Origin: Entomortierella parvispora E1425
Lineage: Eukaryota > Fungi > Mortierellomycota
Length of the DNA stretch: 64,000 nt
Direction: 5' to 3'
Assembly: GCA_020891255.1 (NCBI GenBank)
Contig: BQFW01000004.1
Coordinates: forward strand, 2,790,001-2,854,000
Shown here one piece after another: positions 1 through 12,700 of this stretch (its first letter is position 1; every line of letters starts with the position of its first letter). The position numbers were made by a program, and so were the translations under genes. The notes below the pieces were generated by a model. The model saw only the letters and a list, made by a program, of their open reading frames with translations, did no database searches and was not told the DNA's origin.

Positions 1-284
1 CCTGGCATCATCTGTCCCATGGGAGGAGGAGGCATGTTCATGCCCTGGAAGTATGGCTGCGAGGACATGGGCGGATGCATGTCTCCCATAGGTGAATGCT
101 GCTGTTGCTGTTGCTGGTGCTGCATCTGCTGGGGGTGAGGGTGCATTCCTGGAGGGCCATGCATGCCCTGGGGTGGTCCGAGAGGCTGACCCTGTCCCTG
201 GCCAAGTCCGAGTCCCTGGTTCTGGCCGTGGCCGCCTTGGCCCTGGCCCTGGAGCATGTCGAGAAGCGATCTGTTTTCGCTCAT
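1..284 (-). CDS. 5' end of a gene running off the left edge; Gln/Pro/Gly/Met-rich low-complexity N-terminus, function unknown
   Basis: The minus strand from ATG at 284 (in-frame TAA just upstream) reads MSENRSLLDMLQGQGQGGHGQNQG...PPGMHPHPQQMQHQQQQQQHSPMGDMHPPM... and stays open to position 1. It is divergent from PIG-U. Confidence 0.6.
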   Translation of the reverse strand, partial: MSENRSLLDMLQGQGQGGHGQNQGLGLGQGQGQPLGPPQGMHGPPGMHPHPQQMQHQQQQQQHSPMGDMHPPMSSQPYFQGMNMPPPPMGQMMP

Positions 285-587
285 TGTGCAGAGTTAATGC
301 TGGGACATGCACTGCCGAGTGGAGATCCTGATCGTGAGTGGAGGGAAGGTGCCGTGAAAGTGGAGGGCGAAGGTGCACTCGAAGGTACACGTCCTGGAGA
401 CCTCTTAAAAAAGGTGTTGACGTCAACATCACGTGACTTACACGTAGAAGAGCCGTTGGGCGAGTGCATGCATGCATGCTTCATCTCTTGACCTCTTTCC
501 ATCGTCTGGACTCGACTCGACGCTCGACGCTCTACGCCGACACACTCTGACAGGGACACACTACTCACATTCATAGACGACTCTATA

Positions 588-2539
588 TTGATGCTACAAA
601 AGACTTCTGCGGTATTTGCAGCCGCCTTCGCGCTACGCCTTGCTCTCTTTGAAATCCCTGGCTTGACGACCCTCCTGGGAGGCCGTGTCGAGATTTCAAC
701 CCCCATCACAAGTTTCAAAAGATGTACGACTACTCATGGAAGATCTCTGGTCTTTTTCTGGAAACTCTCACCTGTGGACGAAAATGACCGAAGAGCTGAT
801 CGGCTGTTTATCGTTTGATCCGCTCATTTTCTCTTTAGTGTCCGAAGGCGTCTTTCTGTTCAGTCATGGAGTTCCTCCATATGATGGCGGAGTTGTCCAC
901 CAGGTTTGTCAGGAGAGCATGGATTCTGAATGGGATGTTGAAGAGCTTCAGGTGCATCTGTTCTGACCGATTTGTCCTCTCCACACATTTCAGGCACCAC
1001 TACTTCTTGGACTCTTTTACCCCATCATCTCAAGTGCACTGCTAGTGAAGCTGCTATACATTCTTGGAGATATTTTTATCGGCTATATGTTGCAGGAGAT
1101 CACAGCTTTAAAGGACAAGGATAGCTCTCAGGAAAAGAAGATCAGACAATACGGAAACAAACCGGAGGCACCTGGCATGGATGGTCTTACAGTAGCCATG
1201 TTGTATCTGTTCAACCCGTTCACTATTGTCAGCTGTGTTGGAATGAGTACTATTCTATTCTCCAATCTCGCAACAGTTGCTGGAATCTGGATGGGCATGA
1301 AAGGTAAAGGAGTCTCTGCAATAGTGGCCCTTGTTCGTTTGTTACACAGCTGATCGCTAACGTGCTTCTATGTATTCTGCAACAGGTGTTAGAAGCCTAG
1401 CAATGTTCAGTATCGCAGCCGCTTCATACCTTTCTCTTTACCCTTCAATGCTCGTTTTCCCAGTCGTCCTCCTGTTGACCCGAGGAGTGGTGGACGAATC
1501 TCTTGTGAAAAAGGTACCGCAGCCGAGTAGATTTTGGTAGATTCGACTGGAGTTCATAGCCAGTTGAGAAACTAACTGATTCACCACTTCAATATGACCA
1601 ATAGGTCAGAATTCAATGTGCAGGACTTTACCTTGCGTCCTTGGCGTCCTTGTTTCTGCTTTCATTCGTACTTGTTGGGTCGTTGGACTTTTTCAGGAGT
1701 GTTTATGGCACAATGTAAGACCTATGTCATTACTGTGTATACGAATGGATGCGATATAGTACAACTCGCTGATGCGCGTTTCTCTTTATATTTGAACATC
1801 TAGACTGGGGGTCAGCGACTTGACCCCGAACTTGGGCCTTTTCTGGTACTTCTTCATTGAAATGTTTGACCAGTTCAGACCTTTTTTCATTGTCGTGTTC
1901 CAAATCCATGTCTTCATCTTTGCATTGCCAATTTCCATCAAGTTGAGGTAAAGAGATGAGAGTATCTGACCTTTTCATTGCTTGCACATGAAAGTTGCAG
2001 ATACCCATTGTGTGCTCAATCGTTCAATGTTTGATTCGACATGTACTAGGAAATCACCTCTGTTTGCTTGCTTCTTGCTGAGTGCAGTCATGGGCACGTT
2101 TAAAGGATACCCCTCCGTTGGAGACGCCGCTTTGTATCTTGGGCTTTTGCCCGTATGCTCCGAAATTTTCAAGTGTAAGGCACATTCGATAGAGGTTGGA
2201 CGTTGTCGTGGGCGTGTGCTAGGTCCGCGAAATATCTTGCTCATCGTATCATTTGTTTGTTTGTTGTTTTTTTTAGACATGCGTTACTCGTTCTTGATTG
2301 TGAACTTGTACATGTACTCGTCCATTTTGGCGCCTATCTTTTGGTACCTCTGGGTATACCTTGGAAGCGGAAATGCCAATTTCTTCTACGCCATTGGCCT
2401 GGTCTATAGCATTGGCGAAGTAATCCTGCTGATTGACACGACTTTTGCTCATGCCCGTCGCGAGTTTGAGGCTCAGTCGCCACCTGAGCCTTCAGGAGGG
2501 CCAGACCTGGGCTGGGACAGAGTGGTTGCTCAAAAGTAG
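588..2539 (+). CDS. GAB1: GPI transamidase subunit PIG-U/Gab1/Cdc91 (multi-exon)
   Basis: Spliced exons give [13 protein letters not shown]|[17 protein letters not shown]|[49 protein letters not shown] and [23 protein letters not shown], all characteristic PIG-U motifs. GT-AG introns join them in frame. Confidence 0.95.
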
Positions 2540-2805
2540 AATTGTACAATAAAAGATAGATAATTATTGCACTAGCCGCATGTGTGTGTGTGTGTATGTA
2601 TGGTTGAGCATGCAGTGTGTTACAAGGCCGTTGACCATCGTTCTTCGGCGCGTGCCAGAGAGTTCAGTCTTCCATGAGGGCCCTGACCAGGGATGGTGGC
2701 CCGTCCGTTTGTCCATGATGACCACGTGATGACCACACAATGCAACTGATTTTGCCACCATTTTTTTTTTTTGTCTGATGCCATTGTCCTTTCAGCACCA
2801 ACATC

Positions 2806-4650
2806 ATGTCCTCAGTCGATGAGGCGCTGCAAAACATGCGAGCCTTGCTCGTGTGCCGACTTTGCGGTGGTCAACTCCGAGCCACGGTGACACTTCAAGA
2901 ATGTGGACATCACTTTTGCCAGTACGCTTGACCTCAGACATTTCAGGGCAATTTCCTTTTTTTTTTTTTTTTTTTGTCACAAGATGCATGAGCACTCTTT
3001 GTTAATGTCAATGGCCCTCCTTTCTATTGTTATTTCTCTGTTCCTTCAATTGCTCTTTATTAGTACTTGCGTATATTCACAGGTCGGAAGCACCTGTCGA
3101 TGCCCGACTTGCCACTTGCCAGCCAGGGTTGGCAATTTGCTCAAGAACCCGACCTATGATATTTTAGTAGCGTGTGCAAGCAAACTGGTGGATCTTCGAC
3201 GAGGTAAAAAAAAGATGGGAGTCGCCATCCGGAACTCGTTTCCTCTTGTACGACACAATACTCACATATATCCTTTGTTTTTTTTAAAAAAAAATAGATG
3301 TATCCCCTGCGGTGGATGATGACTATTCTTCACAGCCTAACAGGCCTCGTCATGGCAAAGAGAATGGCGATGAGGACAGAGATAACATGGACGAGGATAT
3401 CATTGAACATGGCACTCCCCTGGGATCTGTGATCTGGACTGCCGATTGTGGACCAACATTCCCACATTCAGAACCCTTACACCTCACCGGCTCTTCTCTT
3501 TCATCTTCGATGGATTCGTCCAATGTCGACCCGCAGACCTTTCCCTCTCTCAACGCGGCCTTGGCAAATCATGGACGGGAGAAAATCCTAAAGGACAGGA
3601 AGAAAGCAGAAGCAGCAGCAGTAGCAGCAACACCCACGACTATCATAGGCCGTACAAAGGACGGAAGATCGTCCTCTCAGCCTTCAGGTCCGTCTTCTGT
3701 TGGGTCCTCCAATGTTGATATGCAAACGTTCCCATCGGTAGACGCAGCCCTGGTGATTCATGGACGGGAAAAGGCACTGCGGAAAAAGACAGCTCGGAGT
3801 GATTCTACGACAACCGCAGTCAATAATACAGGCGTACTGGTGGATCAGACTGTTGCTGGAAATGAGGCAACGAATCGGCCTGCGGAGGTGGAAGGCGTAG
3901 AGATTATACCCACAACTGCTCAAAGAGATCAATCCAGAGGTCCCGCTATGGCGCCGTCTCCGCTGGAACTGGCATCCACCAGCCTATCTATACCAGCGCC
4001 TGGAGCTGACATTGTTTCGTCGAGACCCAATCCAAGGCCGACCATATCACAGCTTCAAAGTTTGCTCAACATCCGCCATCATAAGAATCAACAGTTGCGC
4101 GAGGAGAGCTGTGTGCCTAGTTCACAGGAAAACGAGGACCAGACACAAGTATTTCCTTTACAACATGAATCTGAACAACAGGTAGAGACTGGAGACAGAA
4201 ATACGTTGTTACGTTCATCCAAATGAATGAGAGGAAAAAAAAAGGAAGTCGCATCTAATCATACTCGTTCGTTTTGTCAAATTCTTGATTTAGGAGCAAG
4301 AGGAAATGTCGTACCATACCCCACGGATGCCCTCGATGCGGTTTTACAGCCCTCTTTTACCCGATGATCCCCAATCCGGCCTGGAGTCTGAAAATGAGAG
4401 TAGCTCTTCTAGTACCGCATCTAGGAAACGCGTGGCAACGACGACAACGGGAGCGGATCAGGAATATCCACTCTCTGCTGTGAAGAAAGAGTTTCAAGAT
4501 CAGGATCAGGGAAGAGACAGGTCAAAGAGGCGATCAGTGGACAAAGATGACCGAATAACGGATCGCAGACCCCGGCCTCAAGGAGCAACGGTCGAAGTTC
4601 AATCTTCGCAACCATCAGCCGACCTCTTGTCGCCAAGTCACTTTTACTGA
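2806..4650 (+). CDS. RING (C3HC4) protein with BARD1-like RING domain and long disordered tail; 3' end uncertain (4226 or 4650)
   Basis: ATG at 2806; the spliced reading is MSSVDEALQNMRALLVCRLCGGQLRATVTLQECGHHFC|HTCVYSQVGSTCRCPTCHLPARVGNLLKNPTYDILVACASKLVDLRR. A further intron (acceptor AG at 3296-3297) joins in frame to ORF 3312-4226, and a plausible intron near 4182-4293 joins in frame to ORF 4306-4650. Confidence 0.75.
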
Positions 4651-4777
4651 ATCATTAAAGAGTCATCCGCTCTGGAACCTTTTGGACTTTTTATTGTGTT
4701 TGCTTTCTGTATATCTTTTGAGCATTTTGTACAAATTAAAAGGAGTGCAGATCTCGCAAATAGAATCTTCTCAGCGT

Positions 4778-7021
4778 TTAGCGGCGATCACGCTTTTCAC
4801 AGATATGGTTGAGACGTTGAGCATGACCAGGATTGGCGCGATTGTGTTGCGTTCTGCACTCTCTGCCATACCAACAATCACTACGGGCAACGACATGTGG
4901 TGGTAATCTGGCCGGATCCAATGTCTTGCGCCACTGGTATAATGGTCCGTTACCATAAAAGTTACGAGAGCATGCAAAACACACCTTGTCTCTACTTGTC
5001 ACGTTTGCAGCCCTGGCGTTGTTTTGATCTACTGCAGCGGCAGCAGGGGCGACGGCAGCAGGAGCGTTGGCATTGGCGGGGGCTGCCTGACCGAGGTTAT
5101 TGTTGCCATCGCCGTTGTTGTTGTTGTTATTGTTGTTGTCAGGCGGATTCACTGCAGCGGCCACAGGTGCGGGTCCCGGAGCCGTTCCCAGATAATGATA
5201 TGTCCCGTTCTCCATTCCAGTCCTAATAGCCTGCCAGACATCGCCTGTCGTGAGTCGCTCCGTCAACAAATAGTTATGGATGATTTCCTCTTCTGCAGGA
5301 TTTAAAAAACCTCGGATCGGATGGAGTTGCTGGATATATTCATCCAAGGTCTTGGTCAGACATCCGCATGTTGGGACACGGCACAGTTTGCCTGCACGAT
5401 TAGAGGACAGAAGAAAATTAGTCTTTGAAATGGTACTTTGATGTGTTTTTAAACCAGAGACCGAGCATTTACATCGAAAGCGATCTGCAACGGCATCGCG
5501 CGCGACTGGATCTGGAAGCTCAACTACGGGGAGGTGTTTCCTGCAATCGCGACACTGCGTGTGTCCTGGTTGTATTTGGAGACGCGCTTGGTATTCCTGG
5601 TAGGTGGCGTTTGGTGGCAGCTCTTGAAGTCTGACACCGTCTGGACATGTGTAACCGTTGAGATTGTTGGGGTTGCAGCAAGGACAGGTTGTTGGTGCCC
5701 TCGCCCACAACCCTCCAAATCCATATACACCTCCATTGAACTGGAACTGACCTCCGTCATCGTCATCATCATCATCATCTTCGTCATCGTCATCGTCATC
5801 GTCGTCATTGCCATAGCCGTTGTTGGGATTCCTTGGCTGAACAATGACATTGGACGTGTCGCTCTCAGCACCTTCGTCTTCTAGGTCGTCTCTGGCCATG
5901 TGGGGTCGCGTTTTGAGGAAGAGCTCGATCAAGTTGTTGATTTTAAAATCACGTTTCGTTTTTGTAACGGGCTGGCGACAAGTCGGACAGAGCGGCGAGC
6001 TATCAACAGAAAAACAAAAGCAAACAAATGGTTAGCATCTCAGCATCTCAGCATCTCATATTAAAGATACCCATCAAATATTGCCTAATTCTCCACCGTC
6101 AAAAAGAACATACTTTTGTAGGCACATCTTGCAACATTCTTTACAGAACGAATGCAGACATGGTTGAAGAACCAGGGCATTGTGCATAATGTCGTGGCAA
6201 ATCCCGCACTCAAACTCCTTTTCAAAGGCACTGTCTTCCTTTTCCTTTTCCTCCTTTTGCTTTTTTTCATCAGCTTCCAGTTTTGGTCGTTTGCTGGTTA
6301 CAGTGTTGGCTTCCGTGTCCTCCTTCGATTCCAGTGCATCAGCGACTCGTTTGGCATGCAGTTGTTGTTGTTCCGTAAACTCTGACTTTGAACGCGAATC
6401 CGTGAGGATGAAGACCGGTTCTTTGGCTAGACAGACACCATGTCAACAAATAGAAAGTCAGCCAAATAGTGAGTTGGGTCCTCCGGCATCGGAGCAAATG
6501 GTCACTTACGCTTGTCTTTAATAGGTTTGACGAGAGCGATGACATCGCCGTGTTGAATCTTTGTGGGTTCGCCTTTGGCAATCATCTTGCTGTTGACCCA
6601 AACACCGTTGGAGGACATGTCCTTGATCCAAATCACCGCGGTAGCATCGGTGAGAGAGCGCGAAGAGATTTCACAGTGGACTCCTGAGACAAATTCGCTT
6701 TCCAAGACTGCACCTTCCGTGCATCTCTCTACGAGAACATGGTTTAAAAAGAGAAAGGTCAGTGCCGGGCGGGATTTTTATCATCTTTGAAAAAAAAAAA
6801 AAAAATAGCAAAATCAGGGCAGGGTGAGGATAGTTACTTTTGTCGCGACCAACCATCGTTTTGCGTCCTCGAAGCTCAATGTTATCGGTTGTTTTGCTGA
6901 GAGACACGAGAGTCACCAGAGACTTCTCCGTCTCCTGAACTGGCTGGGGGATATCATCCTCCTGGGATAGGTCGGAGAGGTCGTCTTCGAGAGTAAGAGT
7001 GCTTGGAGTGTCCTCGGCCAT
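4778..7021 (-). CDS. CHFR: CHFR-type E3 ubiquitin ligase: FHA + RING + Cys-rich region + C-terminal PBZ (PAR-binding zinc finger)
   Basis: FHA: MVGRD, VSGVHCEI, IKDMSSNGVWVN. RING: FECGICHDIMHNALVLQPCLHSFCKECC..|SPLCPTCRQPV..KINNLIELFL. C-terminus: DCWYGRECRTQH...HAQRLNHICE, matching the CHFR PBZ pattern. Confidence 0.9.
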
Positions 7022-7685
7022 GGTTCTGTGAATGAGAAACGGATGTGTGCGTGCTCAACGAATAGGACCAACGAGGCAGACTGTACGGTAGAGAGAGAAC
7101 AGGAGGATAGGCGAGAATGGGAACAGAGATGAACAAGAGAGAGAGAAAATGGCCAAGAGAAAGAAAAGCATGCAGAATGGCATTGGCCCCGTTGCCATTT
7201 GAGAGACCTGGCTTTTGCCACCATTTCGACGCGTAGACCCTTAAGTGTGTGCACCGCCACTTTTTCTTTTTTTTTTTTTTTTCCCTTGATTGACATTTGC
7301 CACTCTTTTGCACTTTCGCACGAACCCTGCTGGTTGCTGACAACACAGCAGATTACGTAGCACTTTGCACTCAAAAGGTGGCGAGCCGCCGGCTCGGGTT
7401 GCTCAAGAGTTTTTTTTTTTGGCAAATAAACCATCTTTCAGACCCGAGGAAACATTGAAGGCAAAATAGACATGCAAATAAGGTGTTGCTGAACACGTTT
7501 TTTTTGTTTATCTGGCGTTCGCGATAGGTGCCGTATTATTTATTATTTGCGCGTAGGGATGGATGGTTTGGGTATGATACAAATATAAGTACAGAAGAGG
7601 GTAAGCAAATGGACGAGAAAGCGAAACAACTATTTACAAGGATCGAGCGTGGAAAAGCAAGCCGAACATGGGTTTTTTTGGCTCC

Positions 7686-8891
7686 TTAAAAGATGGGGAG
7701 CAAGGACGAGATTGGGGGAAGCGTCCTGCCAAAGTCCGATCCGTTTCCATTCTGATGGTTGTTGTTGTTGTTCATGCCGCTGCTAGTAGGCAAAGGAAGC
7801 GACAAGTGTGTCGAGCCATTCAAGATATCGGCGATGCGATGGCCGCCTTGAACGTGGGAGGGGTTGTTGTGGTTGATCTGGCCGGCACTGTGCTGACGAC
7901 GATGGTGCTGATGAAGGTTGTAGTTGGTCTCCATGAGCGAGGGCAGGCTCTGGGCTGCGATCGACTGGCTATGGCTCTTGTACTGGTGAGGGTAAGGAGC
8001 TGCGGCGTATCGGTTCGAGCTCACGCTACCATACCGAGGCGAGGTTGGTGGCGAATAAGGAGGCGTCTGAAGCATGGCAGAGTTGTTTCCTGCAGTCCAG
8101 GGCTGGTGACCGGTCGCGGGTGGGTGGATGGGCGTCATACGGGCCCAGGAGGGGAAGTCCATCATGGAGTCCTCCGACTCTGAGTTGGAGTTGGAGGGCG
8201 ACATGGGGAAGGGCGACATGGAAGAGCGGGCAGTGCTAGAAGGCGAGGGTGAGCTCGAGGTCTTGGCAGAGCCAGATCTGGAGCCGGCAGCCTTGTCGGC
8301 CTTGCGGGTTCTGGTGCGGGCAACATGGGTGCGAGCATGCTCGCGCAGGGCATCGGATCGCGTGAAGCCGAGGCCGCAGGTCTCGATGGGGCACACAAAG
8401 AGCTTCTCAGAAGTGTGCGAGCGGATGTGGCGGGCCAGGTGGCCGGATCGGGTGAAGGACTTGAAGCAATTGGGAACCGGGCAGATGTGCTTGCGCGCCC
8501 ACTCGGCCGACTCCTGAGCCTGCACGTAGTCCTGATACGAAGCGTAGTGGTGGGGCGAGGTCGAGAGCAGATCGGCGTTGCCGCTCTTGCAGGCCGAGGT
8601 GTGGGCCTTCATGTGGCGGGTCAGCTCATCCGAGCGCGAAAAGCGCTTGTCGCAGTTGGGAAAGTCGCAGGGGTGGGGCTTTTCGCCAGTGTGGGTGCGA
8701 ATGTGACGGGTCTGGTGCTCGAGGCGGAAGAACGACTTGTCGCACAAGTGGCACTCGTATGGACGCGCGATCTGCTCGGACGAGTCGTGGTCAGACTCTG
8801 CGCCAGAGCTGTAGGAGGAAGTCGAGCGATCCGCAGGTGACGAATCGTCGTTCATGATAGCAGCGAGAGAGAATGGAGAAGCGGAGGACAT
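7686..8891 (-). CDS. C2H2 zinc-finger transcription factor, CreA/Mig1-like, with four fingers
   Basis: Intronless 401-aa ORF. It has [49 protein letters not shown] (the CreA/Mig1 signature), a second finger pair, and C-terminal [10 protein letters not shown] resembling the CreA/Mig1 effector motif. Confidence 0.85.
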   Translation of the reverse strand: MSSASPFSLAAIMNDDSSPADRSTSSYSSGAESDHDSSEQIARPYECHLCDKSFFRLEHQTRHIRTHTGEKPHPCDFPNCDKRFSRSDELTRHMKAHTSACKSGNADLLSTSPHHYASYQDYVQAQESAEWARKHICPVPNCFKSFTRSGHLARHIRSHTSEKLFVCPIETCGLGFTRSDALREHARTHVARTRTRKADKAAGSRSGSAKTSSSPSPSSTARSSMSPFPMSPSNSNSESEDSMMDFPSWARMTPIHPPATGHQPWTAGNNSAMLQTPPYSPPTSPRYGSVSSNRYAAAPYPHQYKSHSQSIAAQSLPSLMETNYNLHQHHRRQHSAGQINHNNPSHVQGGHRIADILNGSTHLSLPLPTSSGMNNNNNHQNGNGSDFGRTLPPISSLLPIF

Positions 8892-9423
8892 TGTGGTTGG
8901 ATTGTGGAGAGGATATCGAGCTTTTTCAAAAGCAGAGAAGGCTTATTTAAGGAAAGGAAAAGGGAACAGGGCACTGAAGAGCCAAAGAACCGACAGACGC
9001 TTTGATTTTTCACAGATAAGGAAGAAGGGGGTTGTTTACGTTTTGTTGTTGGCAACCAAGGAAAGAAGGACGGAAGGCAGGCAGGAAGGGGGAGAAAAGG
9101 GGGAAGGAAGAGGAGGAGGATCGAGTGTGGAGCGGCAGATTAAACGAGGACGACGAAAGGACGACGATAGGGAACAGTTGGAAGAGAGATGGCAAGGAGA
9201 GAAGAAAGAAAAGTGGCGGGCCAAAGTGAGGGCTGGCCGGTCCCTTTTATAGGCCGGGAGGAGCGAAGGTGAGAACATGCGCGTGCGAGTGGAGGTGATC
9301 GATTGATTGAATTGGGTATCGCAGACAGGCAGCGGTATTGCAATTCAATCCCTCCACGAGAGCGAGCGACTGGAGAGCGAGGCCGTGTGGGCGATAGAAT
9401 AGTTTATTTTACAATACAATCAG

Positions 9424-9424
<1 letters not shown>

Positions 9425-9458
<34 letters not shown>

Positions 9459-9786
9459 CAAGAACGAAAAATTATTTGCTGCAGCCAGACATACGGGGAC
9501 TGAGTCCCGCCACGGCGAGGCCGTTCACAGGCGCGGATCGTGTGGAAGGGAGGCAGGATGGTGTGATTGTCGAAAGAGGGGGTTGTCTCTATCTCTTGCT
9601 TCTGTGATCCACACTCCGATAGAGACAGACACCCACGACTTATCATCATCATCATCATCATCATCACTGTCTTGCTTGCCTCAGTGTGCAAACACCTGTG
9701 CTGCCTTCATTCCTCTCTCTCTCTGCCTGTCTCTATCTGTCTGTCCGTCCGTCTGTCCGTCTGTCCGTCTGTCCGTCTGTCTGTCT
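9425..9786. repeat. Microsatellite cluster: (GAGGAC)n, (ATC)n, (CT)n, (TCCGTCTG)n
   Basis: Directly visible tandem runs near 9425-9457, 9641-9666 and 9712-9786, upstream of the C2H2 gene. Confidence 0.85.
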
Positions 9787-12700
9787 CCTACGAGTTCGGC
9801 TTTTTATTACTCACGCAACCCGCTCCACTCGATCGCCACTCCCACTCCCCACTTCTCCCCCACCCCTTCCTCCTCACCCCTCCTCATTCTTGCATGCACA
9901 CACCTTCATACAGCTGCACAAACAGACGCGCCTGTTGCCGTAAGAGACCGGGTACTGGATCATTGATTGCGTAGAGAGAGATGGATGTGGTGTAGGATGA
10001 CAATGCATTGAATAAACCCTCCAGTCCTCAGCACCGTAAAGTGAAGCAAAAGAAAGGGCCAAGAGTTGGGCATCTCGAAAAGGAAACACGGTTCTGTTGT
10101 TTCCCACTTCTATTGTGTCGTCCACGCTCTGTGCATACACACACACACATATGCCAATGACCAGGCAGGCCAACAAAAAAAAAGTAGGGTCCAACTCTCC
10201 AGCGATTGAATACTGCACCGTGTATCGACAGAAGGAAGCAAACACCTGGTTCTACCGCAACCCCGTCCGCTTTCACATGCCAGCGAGCAACCCCCTTTCA
10301 AGGATGCAGAAAAGTGTGGAGCAGGATTTGCTGGGAATAAACTTTTTTCTCCCTCTGATTGTGTGCAATTGAATCGAATGGATCCTACTCAACCACAATT
10401 GGGCCCAGTCCGTCTGTCCCTTATCCCTGCCTGCCCGATTTGCCTGTCTGACTTGTAGCTCGATCCTGCTGTCCATGCTATCTATCTCTTTCCTTCGTGC
10501 CCTGTGCTGGAGAGGGGCCATCTTGCTTCTGCGGTCCAGCCCGTTCTAAAGTCCAGCCAAGCCAAGCCCCGTCCCCTGCTCTTGACCGCGCGTCGTCAGC
10601 TCGGTTCGGTTTACATAGGAACACAGCTCTTTTGGCCCGCAATGTGCAGCCGTGCCGGTCCAAAAAAGACTTTTCGCCCCTTGGCTGCTCCCTCCCTTCT
10701 CCCCCCACAACTGCCACTCCGCCTGCTTGTTCAAGCCAAGCCGGAGGGAAAGAGAAAGAGAGCGATCCACCTTTGTCTTCCGGCTGAGGACATGGGGTTA
10801 TTTTACCCACCCATGTTTCGATCGAACGTTGGAACCCAACAAAGCTAGCCACAGATTTATTCAATAAATAAACAAACAAGGGAATCGTAGATCGGCCTGT
10901 GCAACCAAGGACCATTGTGTTTGTTTGGTGTTTTGACTCTTGTTTGTTGGACCACTTTCTTGAAGAGCGAGCGAGCCGTAAACTGCTCCTCTTTCTGCAT
11001 CGTGGTTCTTTCCACGCTTTTTAACCCAACTTCTCGCTCGAGCTAATTGCATTCTGATGACTACTCCCCAGGTTGGCTCTATGTGCCCCTCCATGCGACC
11101 TGAGAGGGTTAAAAAAACTCATTGATCTATAGCACTATTGCACTTGGCAGCTCAACCACTGCAAAGCCTGACAGCCCGGATCGCAATTGACCCCGAAACC
11201 GCCACGATCGGCCACGGTAGGTCACGCCTGTGAATCGACGAAAACAACATGCCTCGCTCGTTCCTTTCAAGGAAGAGGAGGGGCTGACACCGGACTGCAG
11301 GATCTACCAGACTCCCGATCCGATATGGATCGTAGACGCGGCACGGACATGAAAGCTGAATCATAAACCGGGACGTCCTCTGAAGGAAAGCGGCTTACTT
11401 ACTCTATCGCACAAGCCCGCCTCCGTCTCGGCCTCCACTTCAAAGAACGATTGCGAAAAAACGAGAGAAAAAAAATCGGCAAGGAATTGTTCCGCATCCC
11501 CTATCATATCTCAGTGAGATACATTAATTTTTTTTTTTTTTTTTACATGGCCTCAGACCGCTTCTCTCCACGTCTCTGGTGAATCTCCGGGCTCCGCCCA
11601 AGCGAATGTTTCTTTCGTCCGTCAGTGTTTTCTATTTGGGGCGACGGAGGGCAGGCTCGCTCTCCATTTTGGTTGCTCTCTCCACAATCTGGTCCCCTCT
11701 TAAATAGAGTGCGTCTGCAATTCTTCATGACAAATGACATGTCGAAGCGATACGGTGGTCGTGGCCGTGGAGTCGGAGCGTAGAATACAATGAAAAAAAA
11801 AAGTTTGTTCTCTTTTTCTCTTTCTCCAAAGCAGACTTCGAGGATTGTCCTGTCTAAACTGAACGGACCTTCCCTCTGCTGCTCTCTCACGGGCTGGACC
11901 CCGCAATTCGCCCAGGCAATCATGTCATTTGTTCTCAATATTCCCTCGACCTTCCCTCAACATCATCAACCTCTATCTGGTCTCGACAACCAGTTTCGTG
12001 GAAGAACGTACTACTGTACAGTAAAGACTGTATCATGGCTCAAATCATTTGCGCTCCAATTCCACGTTGACACAGGTTTAGCATGCGCTAGAAGCACAGT
12101 TTAGTCTATTCCCGATCACCTAATCGGTCTCTTTTGGGAGCTCAGGTACAGACTCGGGAACGCAAGGGTGCCCTGGGTTGAGCCACAAGAAACTGGTGGA
12201 ACGGCTCAGCAGGGTCTGGGACGTAAGGGCAAAGGCGATGCACAGCAATTGCACCTGAAAATGATGTCGACCAAAGGTTACAACAAAAACATTCGCCTTC
12301 TTCTTTTGGACATCCACACCCTGACTTCCCCCCACGCCTGGCCCCTTCGCCCTCTGCGCGACTCTGTTCTTGGGATCCTAATCGGCCGCGATCGGGACCC
12401 GGATATGTTGTGCTACCCGACCCTAGCCGAGCCGCAGACCGCGCAAAAAGAAAGAAAGAAAAAGAATGCGTAACGTCGTGTCTATTTTGACGTTGTTGAC
12501 GCGATCTTTCATTGGTTATGGTCGGACCACCTCACCCCCCAGTGGCTCCTTGCAGACATGGGTTTTGAACCACCTCAACAAATCACAAAAAAAAAAAAAA
12601 AAAAATAGAGAAGAGTCATTGACACGATCCCAACAATCCCACGCCTTCTCACAGGCTCCTCTCCTTTTCCTCTTCAAAACAACGTGAGCACGTCCAAGGT

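Noticed and set aside
4682-4906. Short plus ORF as an extra exon (ankyrin/BRCT) of the RING gene
   Set aside because: It overlaps the CHFR 3' end antisense, has no ANK/BRCT pattern and has no convincing in-frame splice.
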